A stretch of 53,915 nucleotides of DNA, filler included, from Sphacelaria rigidula (Eukaryota), in assembly GCA_964200075.2 (NCBI GenBank). It is 5 parts of 5 records of this genome, joined end to end, with 100 filler letters (N's around TTAATTAATTAA, not from the genome) between each part and the next. Parts side by side here need not be neighbours in the genome. Positions count along the whole stretch, not along the records: positions 10,805 to 21,508 come from CAXNAA020006056.1; positions 21,609 to 32,311 come from CAXNAA020006057.1; 3 more parts are not named here. One strand, written 5' to 3'. This document shows, in pieces, positions 11,855-24,657 of the stretch. The notes under the pieces were generated by a model. That model searched no databases. It worked only from the letters and a program-made list of their open reading frames with translations, and was not told the origin of the DNA. Position 1 is the first letter of the stretch. The number at the start of each line of letters is the position of its first letter. The position numbers and the translations under genes were made by a program.

Positions 11855-14800
11855 CTGCGGAAAGGGATATTTGAAGGCAGGTGGTTGGGGGCGACGGTGG
11901 GTAAGGCGGGTGAGATCCCGGTTTAGAAACAATTTTTTGGAAGGCGTGCGCAACCAAAAGGAATGCCATGGTACCGGCAAGGACCTATTGTGTATAGCTT
12001 GCTCCTGCTTTTGTCTCCTCATAATGGTTTCTGGTCATAAACACCTTACTTGTCCCGTTGCATGTATCAAAAGCTTTCGCAGCAAGTGCGGCACTAACCA
12101 AGCAGGCAGCACAGTGAGACGCCCCCCGCGCTAGAGCCTTAAGCAAGCGTTGCGCGAGGTAAAACATCTGGGCCACTTGAATGACGCGCAGAAAACATCG
12201 ATCCACAATAATTAACCCAAGGGATACAGTCGCAGAACCAGGTCGTTTCCAAAACATGAAAAATTCTCATATATTTCCAAGTCCTGGCGCATCACCTGGT
12301 AGCACAATGCCAGGAACGCCGTTGCCGAGTCAGACACGCCTGCTCGTAGTCCGTCGTCCACGAATATCCCCGCGCGTCCCGGCCTCGATCCAATCAGCTG
12401 CTGCGGCTCCTGCTCACCCACTCCGCCCCGCACACAGAAAAGCTGCATGCCTTCTGCTGCGGAAGGGGCTGCCGAGAGTAAAGGCTCCAGGAACGCCGTC
12501 ACGCCGCCGTTGCCATCGAGGTGGGCACCACTGCCGGTCCCGTTGGACGATGACGACCCTGTCCGAAACAGACTCCTGCCTTCCGGCACCCTTGCCGTCG
12601 GGGGCGGGGAACCGTTGGCTCTTCGTTCTCGTCCGCCGTCTCCCGACGAGTGTCTCCTCTGTACATCCCGCTCCCCTTGGCGACCGACTCCCGCGGCGTC
12701 GAACAAAACAACTGCGAGCGCTAGGAACGCCTCGGTTGCTTCGGGGACCCCGGCGGCTACAGCGCAAACCACCCCTGCCGCAACCTTGCCCGGCAATTCT
12801 AATCTCAAAAGGGTCACGCGGAGCGCTTCGCGGTCGCCGCCACCACCAACACCACCTCCGTCGTCTCGTTCGATCAGCCGAGTGATAAGGGCGGCCATGG
12901 CAGGATCGAGAGCTGCCGCATCAACCGGCTTGTCGGCTTCCGTCACCCCGGGGTTATGTCGGCGCAACGTACCCGGCAGTCCTGCCGGGTTGTTCACCCC
13001 TGTCTCCACCAGACGATGTCGTCCGCCCGCAGGGGAAACATCCAAGGCGGCGGCGGCGGCGGCGGCGTACATGGCCGCCGGTGGCCACGGAGACGCCGGA
13101 GATGCGGAACGCGGGGGCGGGGGTGGGGGCTGCTGCTGCGGCGACGACGACGAAATTTTCGTCGGGGGCGGCAGTCGATCAAGGAGAGCTGGGATAGCGT
13201 CCCCCGTCGCGAGCAGGGCTGGCCCCAGCCCGTCCCACTCGCGCGCGACGTCGACCAACAGGCGGATTACGTACTGCGGGATAGGTGCATGGTCCCGGAG
13301 CAGAATGGAAAGCAGAGGTAAAAGGTGCGTAGCGATAGCAGACCTTATCTTCACAGTTACTGGGCCTGGTTTTACCGTCGCTGCTGCAGGCCTCGCCGGT
13401 GAAGGTGTCGCGTTTCCCGTTCCGTCGGCAGATGTGATGCGATGGAGGAATGGCAGTTGGGGTAGAAGAACCGGTCTCAGCAGCGGCGGCAGGAGTACCC
13501 GTAGTACGGCGACCGCTAGGGCACGAGTGTCTCCGCTGGGGCTTCTCAGCAACCGGCAGAGAACCGGGAGCAACTTGTCGGCCACGATCTCCCAGTGTGG
13601 CAGGAGTGCTGCCTCCGCTTGTTGCGCCAGGGCTTCGACAGTGGGTAGCAGGGCGGCAAGGGCTACTCCCGTGCTGTCACCAGTGCCTTCATCAGGAGAC
13701 ACAGCGGCAGCACCCGGAACCAGCAGTGCCGACCCTCGCTTGGCCATTTCCCCTTCGGCCAAACAGTAGACGGCGTCGTTGAAGGCGTTGACTTCTGAAC
13801 CGCCCTGCTGCTGACCGATCGGGCAGGAAAAAGCGATACACGCTGCCACGTCCCTCACGAACGCCCCCGTCACCGCGCGCGTGCGCAGCAGCGGACTGTT
13901 GATCAGGTGCACGACGGCGGGGAATGCGGACGTGGCGACCTCCATCCGTTCGGCCTCTTCTTGCTCCATCGACAGTTTTGCCTCGAACAACGTTGCCTTT
14001 TTGGCTTGACGCCCCGTTGCTTCGCTACCCGAATACCTGTCAGTACCCGCGCGTCGGTCTCTAGCTGCTCCAGCGTTGATCTTCCTTCTCCGGAGTACAG
14101 CCTCCAGCCGTCGAGCGGCATTTTCCGGGATGGCGCAGAGCCAGTCCGCGAGCTTGTTGCAGCACTGGTACAGATAATTCTGGGCCGGGGAGAGCCCCGG
14201 CGTGGCGGCGGTCCCGGCACCGTGGCCGGCGCGCGGTGCGAGGGCGCCGATTACTCTTGCTAACAGCGGCAACATTCGAGACCGACAAGCTTTGAGGAGG
14301 AAATCGGGGGGAGCCGCCTCTAGCACGAGATGGAGGGCAAGGAATCCTTTCGATCGAAGCGCAATTCCCTCTCCGTGCTCCGCGGTGCGGAGGAGTCTCG
14401 GTAGCAGCATCTGGGACTCCAAAATTGTCTTCGCCACCGATTGCAAATTTGATTTCCCACCCACCTGGTCATTCGAAGATTCGCCGCCGCCGATACTGCT
14501 ATCTTTGCCTACGCTGCTGCTGCTGCTGCTGCACCATAAGACCAAATTAAAGATATTGAGTAATGCGCGCCGGTAGGCCGAAGAATTCACCTCTGACAGG
14601 CCGTTTATGACTGTCATCGCGGCACCAGGTTCGCACATCACACGCGACGTAATCTGCCCTGGCCAACTCCTCCGACTCCTGGTCTCGGCCCTCCTCCAAT
14701 CAGCGCCGTAACTCGTGCGTCTGCCGTTGTACTTTTCTCGGCCCTTCCCGCGACCATCTTCAACAACGTCCGCATTCGCACACAAGGATGGCGCTGCTAC

Positions 14801-17800
14801 CGACTTTCCTGGCTCACACTCGCCTCCTAGGACATCGTGGCCCAACAAATGGGACAGTCCGGCCATAGCTGTAGTCCTCAGGCTTTCGGAGGACGCATTC
14901 CTGACACACGAGGGGGGAAGGAGGCCGTAGTCGACATGAGCGGCGGCGTGAGTGATTTGGAGAGAAACGGTTGTGTCTCCACACAAATTTCAAACATTAA
15001 GCAGGCTACGGTCTAGTATATTACCACCTGTTGACGTTTTTTCGGATGGCCGAAAAGTGATGACCTGAGAGTGGTATTCAGCGGAGGGATTGACATAGCA
15101 TGTACCAACGTGCCACACTGTAGGGACAACGAACCGATGATACAAGCGGTAACGGGCGGTCCTCGTGAGCGAACATACTGAGATCAATACTTCTATTGTT
15201 GAAGCTCGTGCAAGACGATTCCTTCGCATAGCTTGTCGGAACACTTTTGTGCAACCCCAGCGAGACTAAACGAGGGAGAGGCAGAGGGAAGGGTACAACT
15301 AAAATATCATCAGTGCCGTGTACGTGGATGCGCGGAGGGGGTACATGTGCAAGTGGTGGGCAACGGCCGTTGTCGCGGTGGCGGTGAGTATTCGGAGCCA
15401 TCTGTGGTATTGATAGTGCCTCTTGTTTGGACGGAGGACTACAGAACTTTGTGGCAGCTGCTCATGTGATCGATGGCCGGATCGGACTATTGCTCTCGTT
15501 GGTTTGGATTACGGGAAACGCGCGCAGCACGGGGTTCAACGCGACACTATTTTGTCTACCGAGCCCACAAGCGAGGCAAGCCAAATTCGGATGGCGCTAC
15601 AACAAGGGACGTGTTGCAGCCTAGGGCATGGTGCCCGGTGCCTCCGCTATACCCTTTTCCTCAAGACCAGGACGTTAGACCTTCAGTATCAACAGCACGT
15701 AAACCTCTCACGAAAGAAAACCGCGCATCAGATCAGAGAACCGAGCATTTTGCTGTAAAGCTCACCGGCCAAGCAAACCCTCCGAGTGGCGAATATGCCA
15801 GAATAATATCTCCGGATGGTTCCCCCGCTGAGTGTTGGATTTTCGTGAACAACTCAAGGCATGGAGCATGTTCCCGCTAGAGAATATACCGCAGCAAGAA
15901 AGAACCCGAAAACTAGTATTTTTCTGCCCTGTTTCACTCACCTCGCGAGATCAAACAAACACAGGGCCAGTGTCTGTGTTACCAGCACGCCGACAAGGGG
16001 ATGAGAAGGCCCCGCCTGCGCCAACACGTTCTCCAGCGTTTTCGCCGCGTAGTGGCACACTCCGTCATGCGCCGCGTCCTCCAAACAAATTTCGATCGCA
16101 CCACCCACCGCCGTGATTGGGAGGTGCCACGACCTTGCCTCGCTGCCACCGCCCCCGTCGTTCCCCCCGCGGCCACCTCGGCCACCGCCTCCGCAGCTCG
16201 TAGGTCGACCGGCAACCGCCGGCTCCTGAGATACGACATAAAACAGAAGCTCTCCCAAAGCTGCCATGGCGTTCCGCCGCAGAGCAGCGGCCTGCTCCGC
16301 GCGACCCGGCGCCGGCCTCTCGCGGATCGTTGCGACTAGAGCCCCAACCAACCCACCGCCTCCGGCGGCGGTGTGGCCGTCGCCGTCTGCTTGTGATTCG
16401 TTCGCGTTGGTGATTTTCTGACCTCCCGCAACGCTGCCGTTGCCGCCGCCCCCGCCTCTTGCGTTCAGGGGCTGGTTGGGTTCTTGACCCGCCGTAGGAA
16501 CGATGTAAGTAGCGTGCCGCACGCACCGCGAGAGGAGGGCGGCGATCGTGTTCCGTAGTGCTGCCGGTCGCGGTTTTCGGAGCAGCCTGAAGAGGACCGC
16601 CGCCGTAGGTTTAGATAACAAAATCGGCGAAAAAAGACGAAGGTCGAGTCGATGGATTCCAAAGCAGGGAAACATGGGGAGAGGAAAATATCGGGTGTAA
16701 AAGTGTAGCTGGAACACACGCCTTATGCTGCAACTTGGTGTCGTGTGGGCAGATCTCTGTTCAGTTATCCAGGCATCGTGCCAACAGCGTGTTTCTCCAA
16801 GCCGGGGATATACATCAAGAACACAAAAGTCAAACATCTTCATCTTACCTTAGCAAGAGGACGAGGAACGCGGTGTTGAGTATGAGATTGGAGACTTGCG
16901 GTATAGGCGTGAGCGACTGGAGATAAAGCAATGTCTGTCCGCGCCGTCGCACAGGCGCCGTCGGATCATCAAGCACGTTGTAGACCACGGTGAGGTGAGC
17001 CTCGAGGTCAGGCAGGGACATCGCGGCCACGGTTCCCGGCAGAAAGGCTTCAAAGGTGAGCTGGTCCCTTGATGACCGGGCCGCACGCGACGGTGAAGAG
17101 GAAAATGGCTCAATAGATCTATTGCCCACGATTGGGGTCACCTGGATGGGCAGAGAGAGAGAGAGAGAGAGAGAGACAGGGTGCACATACGTGCTCAGGT
17201 TCAAAAGCGGGCTTCTACGATGGCTTCGTTGCAGGAAGAGATTCACGCACAAACTCCGCATCCATGATGACACCATTCAACGGCATCGCCCTGTCCACTA
17301 ACTACTACGCGGTATGCACACACACCGCGTCCTATCGAATGTTCAAGATACACTTGCCTGAGCATCGCTCGGATGCAAGAGCAATTCCTGAACCCCTGGC
17401 ATCCCACCCCATGCGCCGTCCCTCGCCTCAAACGATGTATCTCCTGTTCCACTCCCTGTCGTAATTTTTTCGTTGCCATCATCGTAGCCGTCCCGATCTT
17501 GTACACCTCCTACCCGCGCCGTCCCTCGCCGCCCATTACGACCGTCATTTTCTCTCTCCGGCGAGCATCTACCGTCTCCCATCTTCCCCTTCGTCGACAA
17601 CGTCCCCGCAGCACTGGCGTCCGCTTTGCCACCGTCCTCACCAGTCTCTACAAGAACGGCTGCCGCACCCATCCTGCCCCCCTGCGAGGCCACCGCTCGC
17701 CGCTGCTCCGATTGCCCCCCCGAATGGGCAATGCTTTCATCCCTGCCCCGATCGCTGTCGCCCGCGGCGGCGGCCCGCCATTGCTGGGCCTCCGGAGTAG

Positions 17801-20742
17801 CAACACGGGTCGACGAACGGTGTGACGGCGGCGGAGTCCACGGGACGGTAGGCCCGTGCTCGAGGGACATCGACGTGCCGGTCTCGAAGCTAAGGGTTGC
17901 TAGACCGCTTGCCGCGTCGCCAGACTCTGATCCCAAGCCAGATTCTGAACGCGATGGCGAGCCATCGGTGGTGACGGGTGATGTCTCTAATCGAGACACG
18001 GTCCCGTAGCCAGGCGATACAGAGGCATCGATCAATTCTGCCGCCGCGGCCGCGGCTACCGACCCCGCCGCTATGGTCGTTGTCCGCCTACCTGCGCGCG
18101 GTGGGGGAGTAACGGGGTGCGCCCTGATTTCTTTCCCCGCGGGAGCAGTGGCAGCACCAGCAGCAGTGCCGCTCCTCTTGTCACGTGTAACGCCGGAAGC
18201 TAAGCCCCTGCTATATCGACTCGTCGATATCGACGGAGATCCGACGTCAGGTATCGACGGCACATCCGCCACGGGGACCGCACCAGCGGCGACAGGAGCG
18301 CCGGCACCAGTGAGGGCAGGCGGAGGCGCGTCGATTCCCGCCCCCTCAGACGAGCCTGCGCCCACACTGTACGAGCTACTCCCTTCCGTGTCCTCCTCGA
18401 AGCTGCTACCGTACATTTCTCCCACTGAGGACGAAGCCGACGCAGATCTCGGAGGCGAACCCCTCCCTTCCTGGGGTATCGGCGGTATCTTCCCACGAAG
18501 ACGAAGACTATCCAAAGCTGCTGCTCTCCTTGCCGCCACGTCCCCGACTCCCGCACCAGCGCGCGACGGACGGCCTCCGCCTCTAGCAGCGCCAAGATTG
18601 ATGGCGCCCCCAGTCATTGCCGCCTCACTGATGCCAGCGCCGCCGCCGCTACCGTACCCGTGGCTCGGTGCCCTGGACTGTTCGCTGACGTCCGCGGCCG
18701 GCACCGTGCTCGTATGACCGCCTGCTGCATACTGCCTAAAACTTCTGTTTTTGGTGCCACTACCACCAGCAGCGGTTGTCTCCTTCGCTACGTGCACAGC
18801 AGCCTGTTTTCGTCCACCGTGTTCTTTCAAGTGGATATATCCGTTCGTATTCCTTTGCTGCTGGCCTCCCGTGGGGTCTGGCGTACCGGTGCCTTCCCCG
18901 CTTCCCTCGGGCTCTGTCCTCTTCGGCGAATTTCGAGACGGAGTGCTCCTTCGCCCACCTCCACCATGCCCCACTCGCTCCGTCCCACCGCCTCTTCCAG
19001 TGTCTCCTTGTGTCCCTCGAACAGGACTGCCAAGATCCGAAAGCACCACCTTCCGGCGATCATTCTCGTCGGCGCAGTCGCCGTTGTCGCGGACGGCCGC
19101 CTCGTCCCCGCCGCCAGGCCCCATCGTGCGCTCTTGTCGTCGATATCCCGGTTCGTTCATCCCTGTTGCTTCGTCGCCGTTTGCGTGAGCTACACTACTT
19201 CCCCCCCGCCGCCTGTCGACAACATCCTCCGCCTTTTGACAAGCATTGCTGTTCGGCGCCCCGCGCGCCTGCGACGACGACTGGTGGCCTCCTTCATCCA
19301 TGCGAGCCATCCTCCCACCCTCTCCCCAGCCGCGCTCCCCTGGTCCCGCTTGCTCTCTGGCTTCATGAGTGGACAACGTTTCTCGGTGGTCGCTTCCCAA
19401 CCCCAGCCGTTTCGATCTCGGAGACGCCGAAGCTTCGGTAGATGCGGCGAGAGCGAGGGCACGGTCAAACCGGGGCTGCGCGGGCATCTCCAGCGGCACC
19501 GGGGTTTGACAATTACCCCAGAACGGATGGGCTAAGAGTTGCGGCCACGTTGGTCGTCGCAGGGGATCTTTGTTGAGCAGCCAGCCCACCAAGTTGCAGA
19601 AGTCGGGGCTCATGCGCGACCCCTGCCATTCGCCCTTATCTAGTCCTGGCGGGTCCTGTTTATTGCGGCGTCCGCGTTTTTGATTTTTATAATTCATGGC
19701 CCCGAGTCTCGACATCGCAATGCGTGCACACAAGATTACATATCAAGAGCAGTAGCTTGTCAAAAACAGATGGAACAATAAATGGGATGTTTGGAGATGC
19801 GATGCACTTTCAATATAGGAGGGCAGGGAGAACGTCATGCATTCGATCTGTTGTCAAACCACATCCACGTGCTGCTCGACGTTTCCACCTCCGCCCTCTC
19901 GAGGGAGCCGAGTAGGTGACAAAACAGGCAAACCTCAGATCATACCTGATCATCAAAAACGACGCAATGCATGACTCCCTTTCCTCTCAGCGGTGAGTGA
20001 ACCGCGTACGAGCACCGACCTAGTTTGGATTTACCCCTTACGCTACCCGTTCAAGGCCCTGGAGGTAAACGGTGGACGTACATATCATTTACGGCTGAAG
20101 ATGAACTGACCACTGGAACTTGGTCGAAAAAATGATGAAAAATGCCAGTGTCGAAATTCGCCGACAAATTTGGCCACCACTTATCCTTGTACGAAGAGGC
20201 AGCTCTCCCCACCAAAAGGCGTAAATGATATGCGCGTCGCTAAGCCTGCCGCGGCACTCCCCCACCCATCTCCATCACCACCCTCCATCAAGTTCGAGAA
20301 CCCCGCACTAGCCTACTCTTTTCAAAGACGGGCCGTGAGAGAGACGGGGGACGGGCGTGCGACCCTTTTTGCGTCTCCGTTCTTCCAACGTATCTCCGAG
20401 GAGGAAAAAAGCAGCTACGCTTTTGCCCCGTGAAAAAAAAGAATATTTCACTTCGGAAGTACTCGCTTCTTGCGCTCCTCACCTCTCGCTTGATACGATC
20501 CTCGATGCAAGACGATGTAGAGGAAGTCCCAAAGGGCGGCTCGCCCGTCAGCAGCTGAAACAACACGCATCCTAGGGACCAGAAGTCGCTCGCGAAGCTG
20601 GCGCGGTCCATTCCCTCCGCCGAGAACAGCTCGGGAGCCATATACGCGGAATCTCCCTTAGAACCCTGTGTTTTCGTTTATAGTCTCATTTATTGTTGAT
20701 TTGTTTTGCAGCCGTTTCAGAAAATGAACAAACAAGTAGCAG

Positions 20743-20774
<32 letters not shown>

Positions 20775-21068
20775 ACACATGAGTAATTACACCCTGCCTA
20801 CCTCTACTCCGGGAGCAGCAGCGGTCACTTGGTCGTTTCCTTGGGCAGCATCTGGACCTTGGGCATCCCCGGGGACCGCTTCGTGGACCGTTCCCGGAAT
20901 ACTCCGCGCCAGTCCGAAGCCGCTGAGCTTGAGTATGCCGTACTCGTCGATGAGAACGTTGGACGGTTTGAGATCCCCGTGGAGGAAACCGCGGGCGTGC
21001 GTCTGCTGTAGCCCCGCGAGTAAATCCACTCCGAAGAGTCGTACGGCGGATTCGGGTTCGCGATGGTC
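11363..21068 (-). CDS. ULK4: ULK4/RUNKEL-like (pseudo)kinase with C-terminal ARM/HEAT repeats, 5'-partial. Exons: 21068-20802, 20665-20483, 19655-17358, 17141-16849, 16586-15942, 14900-12296, 11854-11363
   Basis: Kinase C-lobe motifs [56 protein letters not shown] and [24 protein letters not shown]4/RUK-type motifs [51 protein letters not shown] and PIPQY. All six junctions are phase-compatible (6783 nt, 2260 aa plus stop). The N-lobe exons are lost at the contig end. Confidence 0.9.
12296..14900 (-). CDS. ULK4: ULK4-like exon (HEAT/ARM)
   Basis: Acceptor gtcag|G and donor CAG|gtgat. 2605 nt open, with Leu/Ala-rich helical repeats. Confidence 0.88.
15942..16586 (-). CDS. ULK4: ULK4-like exon (HEAT/ARM)
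   Basis: Acceptor ttcag|G and donor AG|gtgagt. Contains [15 protein letters not shown] and HYAAKTLEN. Confidence 0.88.
16849..17141 (-). CDS. ULK4: ULK4-like exon
   Basis: (CT)n tract then ccag|GTG; donor AG|gtaag. Translates VTPIVGN...[11 protein letters not shown]. Confidence 0.88.
17152..17176. repeat. (AG)n/(CT)n microsatellite forming the polypyrimidine tract of the GC-AG intron
   Basis: Direct reading; lies about 10 nt from the 17141 acceptor on the minus strand. Confidence 0.9.
17358..19655 (-). CDS. ULK4: ULK4-like exon (kinase subdomain XI plus long low-complexity linker)
   Basis: Acceptor aaacag|GAC; 766 open codons; ends at CAG|gcaagt (GC donor). Confidence 0.85.
20483..20665 (-). 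CDS. ULK4: ULK4-like exon (kinase subdomains VIII-IX)
   Basis: Acceptor acacag|GGT and donor GAG|gtgagg. Contains YMAPE and DFWSLG. Confidence 0.9.
20739..20776. repeat. Intronic (CAG/CAA)n microsatellite
   Basis: Direct reading of the sequence. Confidence 0.85.
20802..21068 (-). CDS. ULK4: ULK4-like exon (kinase subdomains VIa-VII)
   Basis: Acceptor aaacag|GAC and donor GAG|gtaggc. Contains HGDLKPSN and SGFG. Confidence 0.88.
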
Positions 21069-21508
21069 CTGTTTATTTATTTGTTTGTTTGTTTTTCTCG
21101 TCAATTGATCCAAGACATGTAGATGGAATAATTCGAGTATCGTGTGAGGCTGCACAAGTAGAGGGGAGGGGTCATCCGCAAGTATTGCCTGCTCTTGGTG
21201 CTTACCTGTACAGTATCCAGGTCAAGTAGGACCTCCCTGGTTTCGGATAACCTGATCCGCCAAGAATGTAGCAAATGTTGACGAAATAGATGGACTCGAA
21301 GGTGGAGTACACGGGGGGGAAAAACATTTGCTGAAATAAAATAACCTCGAACAGAAGAAGGGCGGACAACGCGGAGACAATTAAAGAGCAAAAAAATGCA
21401 ATAACAGACAACACATGTCCTTTCATAGCTCTCGGCTTGCTCTCCCCCCCCCCCCCCTCCGTCAACCCCCCCCCCCCCCGCCCCCTCCCCGCGGCCCGCC
21501 GCAAACGC

Positions 21509-21608
21509 NNNNNNNNNNNNNNNNNNNNNNNNNNNNNNNNNNNNNNNNNNNNTTAATTAATTAANNNNNNNNNNNNNNNNNNNNNNNNNNNNNNNNNNNN
21601 NNNNNNNN
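21509..21608. other. Artificial contig linker (N44-TTAATTAATTAA-N44)
   Basis: Identical 100-nt spacer. Confidence 0.98.
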
Positions 21609-24051
21609 CTGATGACTATGGCATGTATGATCATGAATAACCCCCCACCCCCCCACACACCCATGTGTTTTGTATCCTGTACATTAAACCCATGGCAACA
21701 GGTGATGGCTCGTAAGCGCAACGGCGGCGGAAAGACACAGATGAAGAGGGACAAGCGGAAGAAAAGGCGGACGTGATGAGCTGGCATCACTCCGTACCCC
21801 TTCACCTGCACTCCTTGTACTGGCACGTGCCAGCTCTCTCTTCACCTATGGTGTTGATTTTGCTCGGATGCTCTCCTGCGCCTGGTTGAATTAGTTATGG
21901 TCTTGTGGCGTCGTGGGCATTGTGCCACTGCGCAATTAGTAATCTACACGAGACATCAGAAGAAGCGCAGACACGAAGCCCTCGTCGCTTGTGCATGCGA
22001 GCACGCGATTTTTGCTCAACTCGACCCACACGGTCACAATATATGCCTCCTAGCTTTGCTTATATCTCGTTTGTCGTCTGCTGTGGGTAAGGAGTAGCGC
22101 GGTGTGTAGAGGAGGCGTGCAAACGACTGCGTATCGTGGAGAAACACGAGTGTGACTGAGTGCCCAAACTCGCGTCGAGGCAGCTGTGTGTGGGCGAACA
22201 TGTTCGGCTAGCTTTTGCACCGTTGCAAAACTAGGTAGTCGGGTATAGTCGAGATTGCGGAAGAGGAGCGACAAGTGTTGGTTCGCCAGGTGGTGAGAAC
22301 TTGGAACACTTCCCTCTGCTGGCAAAGGTGAGAAGAATGCGACGCCGGTCACACCGCGCGGTGTTTGAGGCATGTTGTGGTGATGGTAGTAAAGGGGATT
22401 CTGTGGTCTATTCTTCTGTAAGGAACAGCGTTTTCGTGACAGTGAGAGTAGAGCGCTGATTGAGAGTGGCGTGGATCATTCGCTTCAAGTCAGCCAACTT
22501 TGAATTCCGTGTTTGTTTTTCTTTGCCTCCAGAAAATGGCGTGTGCTTACAGCTACACGTCGATATCCTACTCGGAGATTTCGAGGGCCTCAGAAAGCAT
22601 ATCGGGCCTCGTGCAGGGGCATTTTAAAACTGAAATTCATTCACTAATTGACCGCTTTCCATTCTCAATCCCACGAGAATATCAAGGTTGCTTGTTTTTT
22701 CTCGAGGAAAATGCCTGACTAATATGAACAGCCTTTGAGCGGTTTAATATGTGTTTTTTCGTTCTGCCCAGAAATAGGGAACGCAACATCCACCACCTCG
22801 GTGGGACCCAACTGTGAAGTCCGGGGATTTCGAAATGATTGCAGTGTCTTTTACGTGACTTTCATTTACCGTTGATTGTACACCGCCCGTCCCCGATCAC
22901 ATGGCTTATCGTGAGGAGAGCGCTTGAGGCGTGAGTCGGTCAACCCGGCGTGTTATATCCTTCATTCTTTTTATCGCCATACTCTTGACTCCTCCTCGAA
23001 ACGAGTCCCTGGTTTCAGGTAGAAATACCGAACTACCGATCTCTCCCCTTTGTACATGATGATCGTATGCGCGAACTCATGGGTGGCTTCTCGGCTCCAG
23101 CCACCGCCCAAAGACATCCGGTCCCATTTTTACAGTGTTCCAGGAGGGTGTCCCGCTGCTGCAGTTAAGATGCAGCTTTGTTTTCCTGTATATCCGAGCA
23201 GGACAACCTTTCGCTAGATGGATAGTCCAGCTTCCGATTGAGAGAGCTTTTCAGCCCAATTCGACTCAACAAGTTACTGCGTCACCCAGAGAACGACTGC
23301 TCGCCGTCGAGGTCGACATTCCGAAGAGTTATCCGTTGGATGTCTTTTTTTTTGTCACACTTTGAACCCCTTACCTTCCTAGGGACCAGTCCGTGATCTC
23401 GAGGGATCGAGCCATCTCTCACCGGTACACGCCTTGCATTTTGGTCTCGCGGATTGGGTCATGACTATCAGCACTCCCTCACCGCGTCTACTCACGTTCT
23501 CACGCTTTCCATGGTGAATATCAGATACTAAGAAAACACCCAGCGCATCGCGAATCGAACCCTAGCTCTCTCCACCACCGGGCGGAATTACTATATTACA
23601 CTACAATCACACTCGACGTATGCGTCGGAGCATTCTCAGAATGCATGCCAATTCTGTGCAACGTGTGATCATAACCTACTCAATGTATACTCAAGGCACA
23701 GCTGCGCGATAATGAGAGGAGTGTTTGGATCGTTGATATCACATGCCCCTTCTTTCGTTCATTGTCCGTTCAACAAACCATGTTCCATTTTTCAAGCTAC
23801 GAACTCGACTCGAAACATATTCCGCGACGTCATTCGTATAAAAACCCCTTGACGGCTACGGCTAGAGTAGGCGATCAGTTGAATCGGCGCCGGGACACTC
23901 GATATCCAGACATGTCAGTGTTACATGCATGACTGGAACACATGAAAACGTGTGGTTATTCAAAGCTCACGCTCAGTCGAATGCTACACTCTCAATCTGG
24001 CGAAAAGGCCGTTCGTTGCAGGTGCTTGAAATCGATTTTTTTTATTTGCCA

Positions 24052-24657
24052 CGAGTTGGGCCAGCAGTAAATCCCGCATTTGCTTTCCACACCGCAACTT
24101 CACAAGTTTCCCAAATCAGCGCGACTTGAGCACATCGCTGTGAACTGCAGACCAACTTGACAACACACGGGACCGCCACTGAATGAAGAACGAAAATGAA
24201 AAACAAGGTACTGCATAATGTATGACCTTAGCGAAGGACGAAAAAAAAAAAAACGGGATTCGAACTCATGACCTCCATAACTGGAGTCTCCTGTATCACT
24301 TGGATTTAAATCGCGCGGCCGTTTCACAAGCAAAGTGCGATGCGGCGCCCAATTTGAGGTACTTTTTGGGCGAAACTTCACTAGGGCGTCCTACACGCGA
24401 GTGCCCACGACGTTGTTTGAGGTGCAGCCGGTTTCATCAATTCTTGACGGAATCATAGCATTTTCACTGTTTCTGCTGAAACTTCAACTCGCTCTAACTC
24501 CCTGTTTTTTTTGTTTGTTCTTCTCCTCTGCACCCCCAATAGGGTTGCGCGGGTTGGTGATGAAAATACCGTGTCAAAATTACAGCGCCCAACTCTTCGA
24601 ATTGTCAATTGCATCGCCATTCTTCATCCAAGAATCACTGTCAGCTGGCCCAGCTTG
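24052..24657. mobile_element. MITE, 606 bp, probable TA target (Tc1/mariner-like), with an internal tRNA-like segment
   Basis: TIRs CGAGTTGGGCCAGC and GCTGGCCCAGCTTG followed by TA. Internal blocks are shared with 45648-46260. Confidence 0.7.

Noticed and set aside
12447..13769. 440-aa plus-strand ORF and similar long antisense ORFs over GC-rich exons (18073-19535, 27475-28176, 50969-52886)
   Set aside because: These are shadow ORFs opposite real GC-rich exons, with no domain signal.
21205..21300. Strong donor CAG|gtaagc as an upstream ULK4 exon
   Set aside because: The translation ([15 protein letters not shown]) does not resemble the expected kinase hinge (E.C.GG.L). The real exons probably lie beyond the contig end.
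22960..23080. Minus-strand YKGER and AIKRMK fragments as the ULK4 N-lobe
   Set aside because: The fragments are in different frames, on a different contig, and lack a Gly-rich loop context.
23545..23600. gaatcgaaccc reverse B-box as a tRNA gene
   Set aside because: No cloverleaf can be built; at most a SINE-like fragment. The same applies to calling 24250-24320 a functional tRNA.
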